NCBI GenBank assembly: GCA_947631095.1
Contig: CANRJX010000001.1
Coordinates: 1-62,097 of the forward strand
Direction of reading: 5' to 3'
DNA: 62,097 nucleotides
DNA from: an uncultured Wohlfahrtiimonas sp.
GTDB taxonomy: Bacteria > Pseudomonadota > Gammaproteobacteria > Cardiobacteriales > Wohlfahrtiimonadaceae
Each line of letters opens with the position of its first letter. The stretch's first letter is position 1. The position numbers were made by a program, and so were the translations under genes. The notes under the pieces are model-generated. The model saw nothing but the letters and a program-made list of their open reading frames with translations. It had not been told where the DNA came from and did not search any database. This document shows, in pieces, positions 38,569 to 48,717 of this stretch.

Positions 38569-39732
38569 ATGAACGATCATCTATCTTTTTGTATCTCAGG
38601 TGCTGGTCCAATTGGGCTGGCATTAGCTTTAGGGCTGGCGCAATTAAATGCAAATGTAACGCTATTGGATCATAAGCAAAATATTGATAGGCAAATATTG
38701 GCAGATGATCGTCGAATGTTGGCTTTATCACATCGTTCGGTCGAGGTGTTTAAACGATTAGGTGTGTGGGATGTAATAAAAAAGCACGCAACTGCGATTG
38801 ATGCTGTACATGTTTCTCAAAAAAATTGTAAGGCCGAAGTACTGATGACTGCTAAAAAGCAAGGCATTGATCACTTCGGTTTTTTAGTGCCTCAAGGTCA
38901 AATTATCTTGGCTTTATATGATGAAATTTGTCAGCAAGAAAAAGTTAATTTGTTGTTAGGTAGTAAAATTATCTCTAATAGTGAGTTACATGATGGCACT
39001 GTAACGATTAATAAAAATGGTGAACACATTGTTCAAACATTTGACTGGTTGATTGCTGCTGAAGGCATTCATTCTTCTTTGCGTCAAAATTTTGGCATTG
39101 AAACATTTACAAGAGATTATGATCAAATCGCAGTCATTGCGAGAGTCGCATTTGAAAAACCACATAAAAATATTGCTTATGAACGCTTTACAGAAAATGG
39201 CCCACTCGCATTGTTGCCTGTGAATGATACCGAAATGGCTGTGGTTCTGATTACTGATCACATCGAATTGGGTAAATGGCAAAAAGCTTCAGATTTAACA
39301 TATGCAGCAGAAATATTGTCTCGCATTGGTGCAAAATTAGGTGATATTACTGATGTTGGCACTCGTCAGATTTGGCCGTTAAGTTTAATGATTCCGAAAA
39401 AAGTTGTGAGTGGAAAACTAATTCTTGCGGGCAATAGTGCCCATGGTTTGCATCCTATTGCAGGGCAAGGCTTAAATTTAGGTATGCGAGATTGTGAAGC
39501 AATTATTGAGTTGTTTACTTTAAAACGTTATCCGACCACGGAAGATTTAATCGAATTTAACAAGATTCGTTGCAAAGATATTTTACAGACTGTAGGTGCA
39601 ACAGATTTCCTGGTGAATGCATTTGGTGTAAAAGGTCCAGCAGCACAAGCAGTTCGGTCTTTAGGATTGTTGGGCGTTAAATTTTTACCTGGAGTTAAAA
39701 AGAAAATTGCTTCTATTGGTATGGGGTACTAG
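38569..39732 (+). CDS. ubiH: Flavin monooxygenase UbiH (2-octaprenyl-6-methoxyphenol hydroxylase)
   Basis: GAGPIG, AYERFT..GPLALLP, GNSAHGLHPIAGQGLNLGMRD; first of a tandem pair. Confidence 0.82.
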   Translation: MNDHLSFCISGAGPIGLALALGLAQLNANVTLLDHKQNIDRQILADDRRMLALSHRSVEVFKRLGVWDVIKKHATAIDAVHVSQKNCKAEVLMTAKKQGIDHFGFLVPQGQIILALYDEICQQEKVNLLLGSKIISNSELHDGTVTINKNGEHIVQTFDWLIAAEGIHSSLRQNFGIETFTRDYDQIAVIARVAFEKPHKNIAYERFTENGPLALLPVNDTEMAVVLITDHIELGKWQKASDLTYAAEILSRIGAKLGDITDVGTRQIWPLSLMIPKKVVSGKLILAGNSAHGLHPIAGQGLNLGMRDCEAIIELFTLKRYPTTEDLIEFNKIRCKDILQTVGATDFLVNAFGVKGPAAQAVRSLGLLGVKFLPGVKKKIASIGMGY

Positions 39733-39740
39733 GAGACGAT

Positions 39741-40949
39741 ATGCAAAAGTTTGACGTTATTATCAATGGTGCTGGTTTAGTTGGATCTAGCATTGCATTA
39801 GCATTAGCTGCTGCCAATTTTAAAGTCTTAATTATTGAATTTACACCGATCGAGAAACTATATCCTAAAGATGATTATGGATTACGTGTTTCTGCATTTA
39901 CGCCTTCTAGTCGCAAATGGTTGGAGTATGTTGGTGCGTGGGATCAATTGCTGCACAGTGGCCGAATGACGCCATTTTTACACATGCATGTTTGGGATGC
40001 GGCTGGCGATGGTGCATTACAGTTAGATGCAGATGGCACAGGATCTGATGCGTTAGGCTGGATTTTAGATAATGAAGCAACGCAAGGTGCTTTATTGGAC
40101 CGTGTAAAAACAGAACCTAATATTACGCTTTTAGATAACTGTAAATTGATAGATTTTGAAAATATTATTGGTGGTATCGTCGTTCAAGTGAGCTCTGGTG
40201 AAAAATTTGAAACAGAGTTAGTCATTGGTGCGGATGGTGGACGTTCTTTAGTTCGAGATTGGGCAACTATTCCTAGTACAGGCTGGAGTTATGGACAAAA
40301 AACAATTGTTGGGCAAGTAAAGCCAGAGCGCAGTCACGATAATACATGCTGGCAAAAATTTGCTAAAAATGGACCCATCGCACTGCTGCCTTTGAATGAT
40401 GGGCGCTGTTCATTAGCGTGGCATACAACTCCGCAGGAGGCAGATGAACTATTGGCATTAGATTCAGAGGAATTTGGTCAACGTTTAACAGAGGCCTTTA
40501 ATGGTCGATTTGGCAAAATTGAAGCCCATTGGAAGTTGGGTGCATTTCCTCTGCGTTTGAATCATGCACGACATTACTATCGTAATCATTTTGTATTAGT
40601 TGGTGATGCTGCGCATAACATTCATCCTTTAGCTGGGCTTGGTGTAAATATTGGTTTTTTAGACGCGGCAACATTGGCAGAAGAGTTGATGAATGCTCGC
40701 CAGCAAGGGTTAAGCTTGTCTGATGAATCTGTGCTTAGCCGATATGAAAAGCGTCGTAAAAAACATAATATGTTAATTATGGGGGCGATGGATGTCTTCA
40801 AGAGAAGTGGTGGCTCCGATAATTTTGTTATGAATAAACTTAGAAATGTAGGATTAACTGTTGCTGATAAATTCCCATTTGGTAAGAGAGAAATGGCGAA
40901 ATTTGCTATGGGTTATTATGGAGACGTTCCAAAATTTATAAAACCTTAA
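39741..40949 (+). CDS. ubiI: Flavin monooxygenase UbiI/VisC (UbiH/UbiF family)
   Basis: GAGLVG, LRVSA, MHVWD, IGADG, GDAAHNIHPLAGLGVNIG; follows ubiH. Confidence 0.75.
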   Translation: MQKFDVIINGAGLVGSSIALALAAANFKVLIIEFTPIEKLYPKDDYGLRVSAFTPSSRKWLEYVGAWDQLLHSGRMTPFLHMHVWDAAGDGALQLDADGTGSDALGWILDNEATQGALLDRVKTEPNITLLDNCKLIDFENIIGGIVVQVSSGEKFETELVIGADGGRSLVRDWATIPSTGWSYGQKTIVGQVKPERSHDNTCWQKFAKNGPIALLPLNDGRCSLAWHTTPQEADELLALDSEEFGQRLTEAFNGRFGKIEAHWKLGAFPLRLNHARHYYRNHFVLVGDAAHNIHPLAGLGVNIGFLDAATLAEELMNARQQGLSLSDESVLSRYEKRRKKHNMLIMGAMDVFKRSGGSDNFVMNKLRNVGLTVADKFPFGKREMAKFAMGYYGDVPKFIKP

Positions 40950-40969
40950 ATCGAATAGGGCATTCAAGA

Positions 40970-41374
40970 ATGATTGAAGAAAAATTTAAAACATTAGAAT
41001 CAAATATTTTTAGCTTGTTGGAAGAAAATAAAAATTTAAAAGTGGAGTTGGAACTTTTAAAAGAAAGCCTAAGTCAGTGTCTTACTGAGTCAGCTGAATC
41101 TATCAAGGCGTTACAAGAAGAGTCACAGCAAAAATATGAAGCTTTACAATTAGAATCAGCTAAAGCTTTAAATGCATTACAAACTGAATCAGCGCAAACG
41201 ATTGCTGCTTTGCAGACTGCATCATCTCAAGCATTAGAAACCTTGCAAACAGAGTCAGCGCAAGCATTGCAAGAATTAAAAGATGAGAATGAATTAGTGC
41301 AATCTCGTAATGCTGAATTAACGATTCATTTGAAAAAGATTATGAGTCGATTAGAGTCTTTGGGTGTTCAATAA
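40970..41374 (+). CDS. Coiled-coil protein, ZapB/TIGR02449-like, with internal 11-aa repeats
   Basis: Immediately upstream of zapA; heptad-like termini (LLEENKNLK...IMSRLESL) around six hendecad repeats. Confidence 0.65.
   Translation: MIEEKFKTLESNIFSLLEENKNLKVELELLKESLSQCLTESAESIKALQEESQQKYEALQLESAKALNALQTESAQTIAALQTASSQALETLQTESAQALQELKDENELVQSRNAELTIHLKKIMSRLESLGVQ
41078..41275 (+). repeat. Six degenerate 33-bp (11-aa) tandem repeats
   Basis: CLTESAESIKA/LQEESQQKYEA/LQLESAKALNA/LQTESAQTIAA/LQTASSQALET/LQTESAQALQE. Confidence 0.85.
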
Positions 41375-41387
41375 AGGAAATAGGTCA

Positions 41388-41678
41388 ATGGAATTAATCA
41401 CGATAACGGTTTTAGGCATAGATTATAAAATTAACTGTCCACCTGAAAAAGTTGACTCATTAAAACGATCAGCAGGCTTATTAGACTCTCGTTTAAATAC
41501 TATGCGAGCAAGTGGAAAAATGTCTATTGAGCAGGCTGCGATTATGGTTGGTTTACATTTGGCAGATGAGTTATTGCAATCTGAAAGTGCATTGAAAAAC
41601 ATTAGAACAGAATGGGTAAATCAATTAGATTCTTTAAATTTCAAATTGAATGAAGCATTGGAAAAGAAGGAATCATAA
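41388..41678 (+). CDS. zapA: Cell division protein ZapA
   Basis: ITVLGIDYKINCPP, LKRSAGLLD, AAIMVGLHLADELL. Confidence 0.88.
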   Translation: MELITITVLGIDYKINCPPEKVDSLKRSAGLLDSRLNTMRASGKMSIEQAAIMVGLHLADELLQSESALKNIRTEWVNQLDSLNFKLNEALEKKES

Positions 41679-42091
41679 TGGTTTTAGATGAGCGAATTGC
41701 GAACAGCACAGCATTGATAGCAGAATTACCGTTGTGTAATGTTTATTTGCAAAATGAATCACGATTTCCATGGTTGGTATTAGTGCCACGAATTGCTGAT
41801 GTATCTGAGTTAATAGATTTGTCAGAAGCTGATCAACAGCAATTAACTAGAGAAATTGCACTGGTTTCTAAATTAGTGAAATCTATGTTTCAACCAGATA
41901 AGTTGAATGTTGCAAACTTGGGGAATGTTGTTGCTCAATTGCATATTCACGTGGTTGCTCGTTTTAAGACTGATGCTGCTTGGCCTGATCCAATTTGGGG
42001 GAAATTTAGTGCGCCCATTAAATATTCACAAGAAGAGATTGATGGGTTAGTTAAAGAGATTCAAGTGCTGTTGGTGAATGATCCTGTATGA
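41678..42091 (+). CDS. HIT family hydrolase
   Basis: FPWLVLVPR, PDKLNVANLGNVVAQLHIHVVARF, DAAWP. Confidence 0.92.
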   Translation: MVLDERIANSTALIAELPLCNVYLQNESRFPWLVLVPRIADVSELIDLSEADQQQLTREIALVSKLVKSMFQPDKLNVANLGNVVAQLHIHVVARFKTDAAWPDPIWGKFSAPIKYSQEEIDGLVKEIQVLLVNDPV

Positions 42092-43068
42092 ATATCATCA
42101 AAAGCTTAAATGCTTGGCTATGGGCTGAACCCAGTAATCTTTTTAAGTTCTTGTGTCGTTTGATATATCGATTGGTTGAAAGTGTTTCAAAAGAAGGTAT
42201 TCGTACTCAAGCCCAAGCGCTCGCATATACTACTATTTTATCTATTGTCCCATTGCTAGCAGTAAGTTTTTCCATTTTAAAAAGCTTTGGTGTTTACCAG
42301 AGCTTTATCCCGATTTTAGATAAAATATTTGCGGCCAGCGGCATTCAGGATCCAGATTTAACTTCATCATTGATTGGTTTTGTAGACAATGTACAAGTAG
42401 GTATTTTGGGAAGTGTTGGCTTTGTAGTGCTGTTTTATACAGTAGTCAGTCTAATTAGCACAATAGAAAGTGCCTTTAATAATATTTGGGGCGTTGAAAA
42501 AAATCGTAAATTTACTCAGCGTTTTTCCTACTATTTAGTTGTGGTTTTAATTGGGCCAGTACTGATTTTTTCATTAATTTCATTGATTTCAAGCGCTGTA
42601 ATCATCAAAGCATTTCAAGTGCCGTTACCACTTTGGTTGACAGAGTCTTTGAGTGAAGGCTTTACAATTTTGGTGCTTACAATATGTCTATCTGCCATTT
42701 ATAGTTTTGTAACCAATGCTAATGTAAAATTTATTCCAGCATTAATAGGTGGTTTTATTGCCGCAATTGCATGGCATTATATGGGTAAAATTTTTACTGA
42801 TTTTATTGCAACATCGAGCAAGTATTCAGGAATTTATTCTGGTTTTACGAGTGTGATTTTATTCTTTATTTGGTTAGATTTAACCTGGTTAATTGTGCTG
42901 GTCGGTAATCGTTTAACTTATTTGCTACAGTATCCTGCAAAGTTGCTACCAGATAATCAAAATAATGAATTTATGGTGCCTGAATCAATTACCGTTACGA
43001 TTACGCCAAAAGATAAATATGGCGATGAATGGATGGTAGAGTCAATTCAAGCAAATAAGGAGAAATAA
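42088..43068 (+). CDS. YihY/virulence factor BrkB family membrane protein
   Basis: ALAYTTILSIVPLLA, IESAFNNIWGV, IYSGF..VILFFIW. Confidence 0.92.
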   Translation: MNIIKSLNAWLWAEPSNLFKFLCRLIYRLVESVSKEGIRTQAQALAYTTILSIVPLLAVSFSILKSFGVYQSFIPILDKIFAASGIQDPDLTSSLIGFVDNVQVGILGSVGFVVLFYTVVSLISTIESAFNNIWGVEKNRKFTQRFSYYLVVVLIGPVLIFSLISLISSAVIIKAFQVPLPLWLTESLSEGFTILVLTICLSAIYSFVTNANVKFIPALIGGFIAAIAWHYMGKIFTDFIATSSKYSGIYSGFTSVILFFIWLDLTWLIVLVGNRLTYLLQYPAKLLPDNQNNEFMVPESITVTITPKDKYGDEWMVESIQANKEK

Positions 43069-43521
43069 GTGAGTAATGAGGTTCCGTTCTGGGAAAAACC
43101 TTTGGTGAAGTTGTCATCAGATGAATGGGAAGCATTATGTGATGGCTGTGGTTTATGTTGTTTAAATAAAATTGAAGACATTGGTACAGGAAAAATTTAT
43201 ACAACAAGGGTTGCGTGTGATTTATTGAACTTAGAAACATGTCAATGTACAAATTATGTTAATCGCAAAGCCTTTGTGCCAGATTGTATTAAGTTAACGT
43301 ATAAAATGGTGGCGACAGTTGATTGGTTGCCTGAAACTTGTGCTTATGCATTAAGATATCGAGATAAGCCATTGCCAGAATGGCACTATTTATTAACGAA
43401 TGATCGAAACAGTGTGCACGAATATATTGATGTAAGTAAACATAAACTGATCCATGAAAAAGACACTAGAAAGCCTTTGCATTACTACATGATAGATGGA
43501 GATTTTATACGTGAGTCATGA
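43069..43521 (+). CDS. ycgN: YcgN family cysteine-cluster protein
   Basis: [18 protein letters not shown]...[15 protein letters not shown]. Confidence 0.92.
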   Translation: MSNEVPFWEKPLVKLSSDEWEALCDGCGLCCLNKIEDIGTGKIYTTRVACDLLNLETCQCTNYVNRKAFVPDCIKLTYKMVATVDWLPETCAYALRYRDKPLPEWHYLLTNDRNSVHEYIDVSKHKLIHEKDTRKPLHYYMIDGDFIRES

Positions 43522-43993
43522 ATTAACACATTTTAATCAGTCGGGTGATGCCCATATGGTCAATGTTGCCGACAAAAGTGAGACTAAACGAATTGCGATT
43601 GCGCATGGATTGATCTCAATGAATCAAGTGGCTTTTGATGCTTTGCAAAAAGGCGAAAGTAAAAAAGGTGATGTGCTCGGCATTGCTAGAATTGCAGCGA
43701 TTCAAGCCACTAAACAAACTGCTTTGTTGATACCTTTATGCCATCCTTTACCTTTAACGCATGTTTCTGTTGAGTTCAATTATTTGGAAGATCGTACTTT
43801 GGAAATGATTGTTCAAACTGAAACTGTTGGTAAAACCGGTGTAGAAATGGAAGCAATCACAGGAGTTTCTATCGGATTGATGACGGTTTATGACATGTTG
43901 AAAGCAGTTGATAAAAGCATGATTATCAGTAATATTGAGCTCTTAGAGAAGATTGGTGGAAAAAGTGGGCATTATAAACTTGCTGAAAAGTAA
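43511..43993 (+). CDS. moaC: Cyclic pyranopterin monophosphate synthase MoaC
   Basis: [46 protein letters not shown]; GTG start at 43511 assumed. Confidence 0.96.
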   Translation: MSHELTHFNQSGDAHMVNVADKSETKRIAIAHGLISMNQVAFDALQKGESKKGDVLGIARIAAIQATKQTALLIPLCHPLPLTHVSVEFNYLEDRTLEMIVQTETVGKTGVEMEAITGVSIGLMTVYDMLKAVDKSMIISNIELLEKIGGKSGHYKLAEK

Positions 43994-44000
43994 AGAAATT

Positions 44001-44029
44001 TTGACAAAAAATTCAGCAAAGATTAGAAT
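44001..44029 (+). promoter_or_regulatory. Sigma70 promoter of the yceD-rpmF-plsX-fab operon
   Basis: TTGACA-17 nt-TAGAAT. Confidence 0.8.
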
Positions 44030-44066
44030 GGCAATCTTTTTTGAGATTATTAGCAGGGTATTTTAA

Positions 44067-44567
44067 GTGAAATACGCAGAGTTTCCCCTCAAAAAAACTG
44101 TCAATGAAGGACGAGTTTACGAAGATTCGCTCTCTGGAGAGCATTTTCCTCGGCTAAAAGAGGCAGTTCATTCTGTCGATTCGCCCTTTCATTTTCGTAT
44201 TCAAGGCGATACGAATCGATTAGGACAAAAAGAGGTAAAAGGTGATGTAAGTGTTGAAGTATCAATGATTTGTCAAAGATGCTTAGAACCTTTCAAAACT
44301 ACAATTGACTTGCCAATTCATTGGATCCCTGTCAAAGATGAGTCGGATCAAGAATCTATTGGTGATGATGACGCATTATTAGTGATTGATGGTGATGAAG
44401 TGAATCTTTTAGAGTTATTAGAAGATGAAGTTTTATTATCACTACCGTTAGTGCCGAAGCATGATCAAGATGATAATTGTGAAGGTAAGAATTATTTAGA
44501 AAAGCTCAAACCACAAGAGGAAAAAAAACAACCTTTTGCTGAGCTGGCTGAATTACTAAAAAAATAG
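44067..44567 (+). CDS. yceD: YceD/DUF177 23S rRNA accumulation protein
   Basis: CQRCLEP, LLEDEVLLSLPLVPKH, PFAELAEL; upstream of rpmF. Confidence 0.93.
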   Translation: MKYAEFPLKKTVNEGRVYEDSLSGEHFPRLKEAVHSVDSPFHFRIQGDTNRLGQKEVKGDVSVEVSMICQRCLEPFKTTIDLPIHWIPVKDESDQESIGDDDALLVIDGDEVNLLELLEDEVLLSLPLVPKHDQDDNCEGKNYLEKLKPQEEKKQPFAELAELLKK

Positions 44568-44600
44568 TTTTTCTTTAGTATATTTTAAGAGGAAATAAAC

Positions 44601-44795
44601 ATGGCTGTTCAAAAATCAAAAGTAACACGTTCAAAACGTAATATGCGTCGTGCACACGACTTTTTAACAAGCGCACAATTAAGCACGGATGCGACAAGCG
44701 GTGAATTACATCGTCGTCACCACATCACAGCTAATGGCTTTTATCGTGGTCGCCAAGTATTAAATTTTGATAAAAATGTACCAACTGTAGAGTAA
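44601..44795 (+). CDS. rpmF: 50S ribosomal protein L32
   Basis: [26 protein letters not shown]...GFYRGRQV. Confidence 0.99.
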   Translation: MAVQKSKVTRSKRNMRRAHDFLTSAQLSTDATSGELHRRHHITANGFYRGRQVLNFDKNVPTVE

Positions 44796-44818
44796 TTTCT
44801 CTTAAAAGTTGATAAAGT

Positions 44819-44856
44819 AAAACCTGCGTGAATATCTTATTTACGTGGGTTTTTTT
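44819..44856 (+). terminator. Terminator after rpmF
   Basis: AAACCTGCGTGAATA/TATTTACGTGGGTTT stem with GU pairs plus T run. Confidence 0.7.
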
Positions 44857-44881
44857 ATTAGAATAATTTTATTTGGATAGT

Positions 44882-45940
44882 ATGTCACTTAATCAAAAAA
44901 TTACGATCGCTGTAGATATTATGAGCGGTGATAAAGGTTCTGAAGAACTTATTCCCGCGATTATTTCTGTGGCACAAAACAACGCGAATGTCACGTTGAT
45001 TGCAGTAGGGCAAGAAGATAAATTAATGGCTCAATTGAGCGGTCATCAGCTCTTTAAAGAAGGGCGAATTAAGATTCATAATGCAACGCAAGTTGTTGAA
45101 ATGGATGAACAACCTCAAAGTGCTTTAAAAAATAAAAAAGATTCTTCTATGCGAGTCGCCATTAATCTTGTGAAAAATGGCTCTGCTTCTGCGTGTGTTT
45201 CTGCTGGTAATACTGGTGCTTTAATGGCAACGGCACGTTTCGTTTTGAAAACAATGCCCGGGATTGATCGACCGGCAATTTGTACAGTTTTACCATCGCT
45301 AAAATCAAAATACAAACATGTTCATATGTTGGATTTGGGCGCAAATGTTGATGAAGAGCCGAAGCATCTGAAACAGTTTGCAATTATGGGATCTTTATTG
45401 GCGGCTGCTGTTGATCAAAATCCATCGCCACGAGTTGCTTTATTGAACATAGGCTCAGAAGCCATCAAAGGCAATGCATTAGTTAGAGAAACAGCACAGT
45501 TATTGCAAGAAACAGACTTAAATTATATTGGGTTTGTGGAGGGCGATGGCATTTTCTTTGATGATGTTGATGTTGTTGTCTGTGATGGTTTCTCAGGTAA
45601 TGTTGCACTAAAAACATTGGAAGGTTCTTGTAAACTGATTGCAGAATATTTAAAGCGTTCGTACAAGAAGAATATATTCACAAAAATTGCAGCGCTTATT
45701 TCTAAGCCTGTTTTGAATTCTTTGAAAAAAGAAGTTGATCCTCGTAATTATAATGGCGCGAGCCTATTGGGACTGCGTGGAATTGTTGTGAAATCTCACG
45801 GTAATGCGGATCGTATTTCTTTTGAAAATGCTATCAATATTGCTGTTAAGTTGGCTGAGCAAAATGTGGTCGGTAAGATCGAGAAGCATTTCTCAATAGA
45901 AGATGGTATAACATCCGATTCGGAAAAAAATAAGGGTTAA
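44882..45940 (+). CDS. plsX: Phosphate acyltransferase PlsX
   Basis: AVDIMSGD, SAGNTGALM, GIDRPA, LDLGANVD, VCDGFSGN, KSHG. Confidence 0.97.
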   Translation: MSLNQKITIAVDIMSGDKGSEELIPAIISVAQNNANVTLIAVGQEDKLMAQLSGHQLFKEGRIKIHNATQVVEMDEQPQSALKNKKDSSMRVAINLVKNGSASACVSAGNTGALMATARFVLKTMPGIDRPAICTVLPSLKSKYKHVHMLDLGANVDEEPKHLKQFAIMGSLLAAAVDQNPSPRVALLNIGSEAIKGNALVRETAQLLQETDLNYIGFVEGDGIFFDDVDVVVCDGFSGNVALKTLEGSCKLIAEYLKRSYKKNIFTKIAALISKPVLNSLKKEVDPRNYNGASLLGLRGIVVKSHGNADRISFENAINIAVKLAEQNVVGKIEKHFSIEDGITSDSEKNKG

Positions 45941-45943
45941 GGC

Positions 45944-46897
45944 ATGTATTCTAAGATTATTGGAACAGGTCATTATTTACCAGAAAATATAGTCACGAAT
46001 CATGATTTGGAAAAGAAAATTGAAACCAGTCATGATTGGATTGTTGAACGTACAGGTATTCATCAACGCTATCTTGCTGCTGAAAATGAAACTGCGACGA
46101 GTTTTGGTGTGAATGCTGCGCGTTCAGCTTTAGAGAATGCAGGTCTCGAAGCGCAGGATATAGATCTGATCATTGTTGCAACATCAACACCAGATAAAGT
46201 GTATCCATCAACAGCAACTCTAATTCAAGCTGAATTGGGCAACTTTGGTGCGCCATCGTTTGATATTACAGCAGCTTGTTCAGGGTTTATTTATGCTTTG
46301 AGTGTTGCGGATAATTTTATTAAAGCAGGTTCAGCAAAACGAGCATTAATCATTGGTACAGAAGTATATTCTCGTTTATTGAACTGGGAAGATCGTGCAA
46401 CCTGTGTTTTATTTGGTGATGGTGCTGCGGCAGTAATTTTAGAAGCAAGCGAACAGCCAGGAATTTTATCCACACATATTCATTCTGATGGTCGCCATGC
46501 TGATTTATTGTTGGTTGATCGTCCATATGAAGAAGATGTTGATACTTATCCATATGTGCAAATGAAAGGCAGTGACGTATTCAAACATGCAGTTTCTAAA
46601 TTGCATGAAATTGTTTCTGAAACATTGGCTGTTAATAATATCACTGCAGAAGAAGTTGATTGGTTGATTCCTCATCAAGCGAATTTACGCATTATCAATG
46701 CAACGGCTAAAAAATCAGGTGTAGATACCAGTAAAATTATTATCACTGTTGATCAGCACGCTAATACATCGGCAGCAAGTATTCCATTAGCATTGGATGC
46801 AGCGCGCCGTGACGGCCGTGTGAAAGAAGGCCAATTAGTATTATTAGAAGCATTTGGTGGTGGATTCACTTGGGGTTCAGCATTAATCAGAATGTAA
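45944..46897 (+). CDS. fabH: 3-oxoacyl-ACP synthase III
   Basis: AACSGF, FGDGA, PHQAN, ANTSAASIP, AFGGGFTWG. Confidence 0.98.
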   Translation: MYSKIIGTGHYLPENIVTNHDLEKKIETSHDWIVERTGIHQRYLAAENETATSFGVNAARSALENAGLEAQDIDLIIVATSTPDKVYPSTATLIQAELGNFGAPSFDITAACSGFIYALSVADNFIKAGSAKRALIIGTEVYSRLLNWEDRATCVLFGDGAAAVILEASEQPGILSTHIHSDGRHADLLLVDRPYEEDVDTYPYVQMKGSDVFKHAVSKLHEIVSETLAVNNITAEEVDWLIPHQANLRIINATAKKSGVDTSKIIITVDQHANTSAASIPLALDAARRDGRVKEGQLVLLEAFGGGFTWGSALIRM

Positions 46898-46909
46898 TTA
46901 GAGGTTTGT

Positions 46910-47848
46910 ATGATTCAAAATAATTTAGCATTTATTTTTCCTGGACAAGGTTCACAAGTAGAAGGAATGTTGTCTGATGTTGCAAATGAGCCAGTTGTTG
47001 CAGCAACATTGCAAGAAGCAAATGATGCTTTAGGTTACGACCTTCGTGCATTGATCTTAGAAGGCAGCAAAGAAGAATTAGGCAAAACAGTTGTCACTCA
47101 GCCAGCACTTTTAACAGTAAGCGTTGCTTTATGGCGTTTATGGTGTGAAAAAAGTGATATTCGTCCTGCATTTTTAGCAGGACATAGCTTGGGTGAATAC
47201 TCTGCACTGGTTGCAGGGAATGTTTTATCGTTTACAGATGCAGTTAAATTGGTGTCTAAACGTGCAAGTTATATGCAGGATGCGGTTCAGCCAGGCGAGG
47301 GTGCGATGGCTGCCATTTTGGGCATGGAAGATGCAGCTGTTGTTGAATTATGCACGGAAGCAGCAGGTGATGATGTTTTATCAGCTGTTAACTTCAACTC
47401 GCCAGGTCAAGTCGTGATCGCGGGTACAGCAGCAGCTGTAGAAAGAGCGAGTGTTTTAGCGAAAGAGAAAGGTGCACGTAAGGTAATGCCATTACCAGTA
47501 TCGGTGCCATCACATTGTCTATTGATGAAGCCAGCGGCTGATCGTTTAGCAGTTGATATGGATAACATTATATTTTCAGTGCCTGCAATTACTGTGATTC
47601 ATAATGTTGATGTCAAATCACATAACGATGCTGCAACGATTAAAACAAGCTTGATCGAACAATTGTATCAACCAGTACGCTGGACAGAAACTGTAGAAAG
47701 TATGGTTGCAGAAGGCGTTACACAGTTAGTTGAATGTGGACCAAGTAAAGTATTAACTGGCTTAACTAAGCGCATTGATAAAAATGTAGCATCATTCAAT
47801 ATTGATGGTGAAGCAACGTTAAATGAGGTTTTAACTAATCTTGCGTAG
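46910..47848 (+). CDS. fabD: Malonyl-CoA:ACP transacylase
   Basis: FPGQGSQ, TQPALL, GHSLGEYSA, NSPGQVV, SVPSH. Confidence 0.98.
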   Translation: MIQNNLAFIFPGQGSQVEGMLSDVANEPVVAATLQEANDALGYDLRALILEGSKEELGKTVVTQPALLTVSVALWRLWCEKSDIRPAFLAGHSLGEYSALVAGNVLSFTDAVKLVSKRASYMQDAVQPGEGAMAAILGMEDAAVVELCTEAAGDDVLSAVNFNSPGQVVIAGTAAAVERASVLAKEKGARKVMPLPVSVPSHCLLMKPAADRLAVDMDNIIFSVPAITVIHNVDVKSHNDAATIKTSLIEQLYQPVRWTETVESMVAEGVTQLVECGPSKVLTGLTKRIDKNVASFNIDGEATLNEVLTNLA

Positions 47849-48431
47849 TTTTAATATTCCACAAGCGGCATTAGGGCTAACATCAGTTGCATTTTTGATC
47901 GCATTTTTCTTTGGTGGTAAAGATTTAATTTTTGCAACCAAAGTGTTATTAGGTGCAAGCTTAGTTGCAGTTGCAGCTTGTGCTGTATTTTGGCGACAAA
48001 CTAACTGGAAAACATGGGGAATGCTGGCAAGTATTCTCATTTTTTCAGGTTTAACAGTCTACTTCGATAATGAAGCATTCATTAAATGGCGACCAACTGT
48101 TATTAATGCAGTTTTATGTATTGCTTTGCTTGTGATGTATTTTTCTAAAACGATGCCTTTTAAATATCTATTTGCTAAGCATTTAGAACTGGATCTACCT
48201 GATACAGTTTGGTTAAGGCAAAATATTATTTGGATGGTATATTTCCTCATTAGTGGTTTGATTAATACGGCTTTAATTGTGTTTAATATTTCTAATGAAG
48301 GCTGGATAATTTATAAAACAATTATTGGGCCTATTTTAGCAACGTTATTCTCAGGCATTATGATTGCTAACCTTTATCGAGAAAGTAAGCGTCATAGAAA
48401 AAATATTGATGCAAATAAGGAAAAATCTTAA
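47841..48431 (+). CDS. yciB: Inner membrane septation protein YciB/IspZ
   Basis: GLTVYFDNEAFIKWRPTVIN, hydrophobic helices; precedes bolA; TTG start uncertain. Confidence 0.8.
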   Translation: MRSFNIPQAALGLTSVAFLIAFFFGGKDLIFATKVLLGASLVAVAACAVFWRQTNWKTWGMLASILIFSGLTVYFDNEAFIKWRPTVINAVLCIALLVMYFSKTMPFKYLFAKHLELDLPDTVWLRQNIIWMVYFLISGLINTALIVFNISNEGWIIYKTIIGPILATLFSGIMIANLYRESKRHRKNIDANKEKS

Positions 48432-48433
48432 TT

Positions 48434-48700
48434 ATGAACGCTGAAAGAATTGAGAAGATGAAAAATCTATTGGTGGAAAATTTTTCCCCAAGTCATCTTG
48501 AAATCATAGATGATAGTCATCATCATATTGGACATGCTGGAGCAAAAGATGGAGCAGGACACTTTACCGTTAAGATCTGTTCCGAGGCATTTAGTGGCAA
48601 AACATTAATTCAACGACATAGAATGGTTTATTCGGTGTTAGATTCAATGATGCATTGTGATATTCATGCATTAAGTATTGAAGCATCGGTACCAAAATAA
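48434..48700 (+). CDS. bolA: BolA family protein
   Basis: DDSHHHIGHAG, HF.V, QRHRMVY, IHALSI. Confidence 0.93.
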   Translation: MNAERIEKMKNLLVENFSPSHLEIIDDSHHHIGHAGAKDGAGHFTVKICSEAFSGKTLIQRHRMVYSVLDSMMHCDIHALSIEASVPK

Positions 48701-48717
48701 TTAAGGATATTTGAAGA

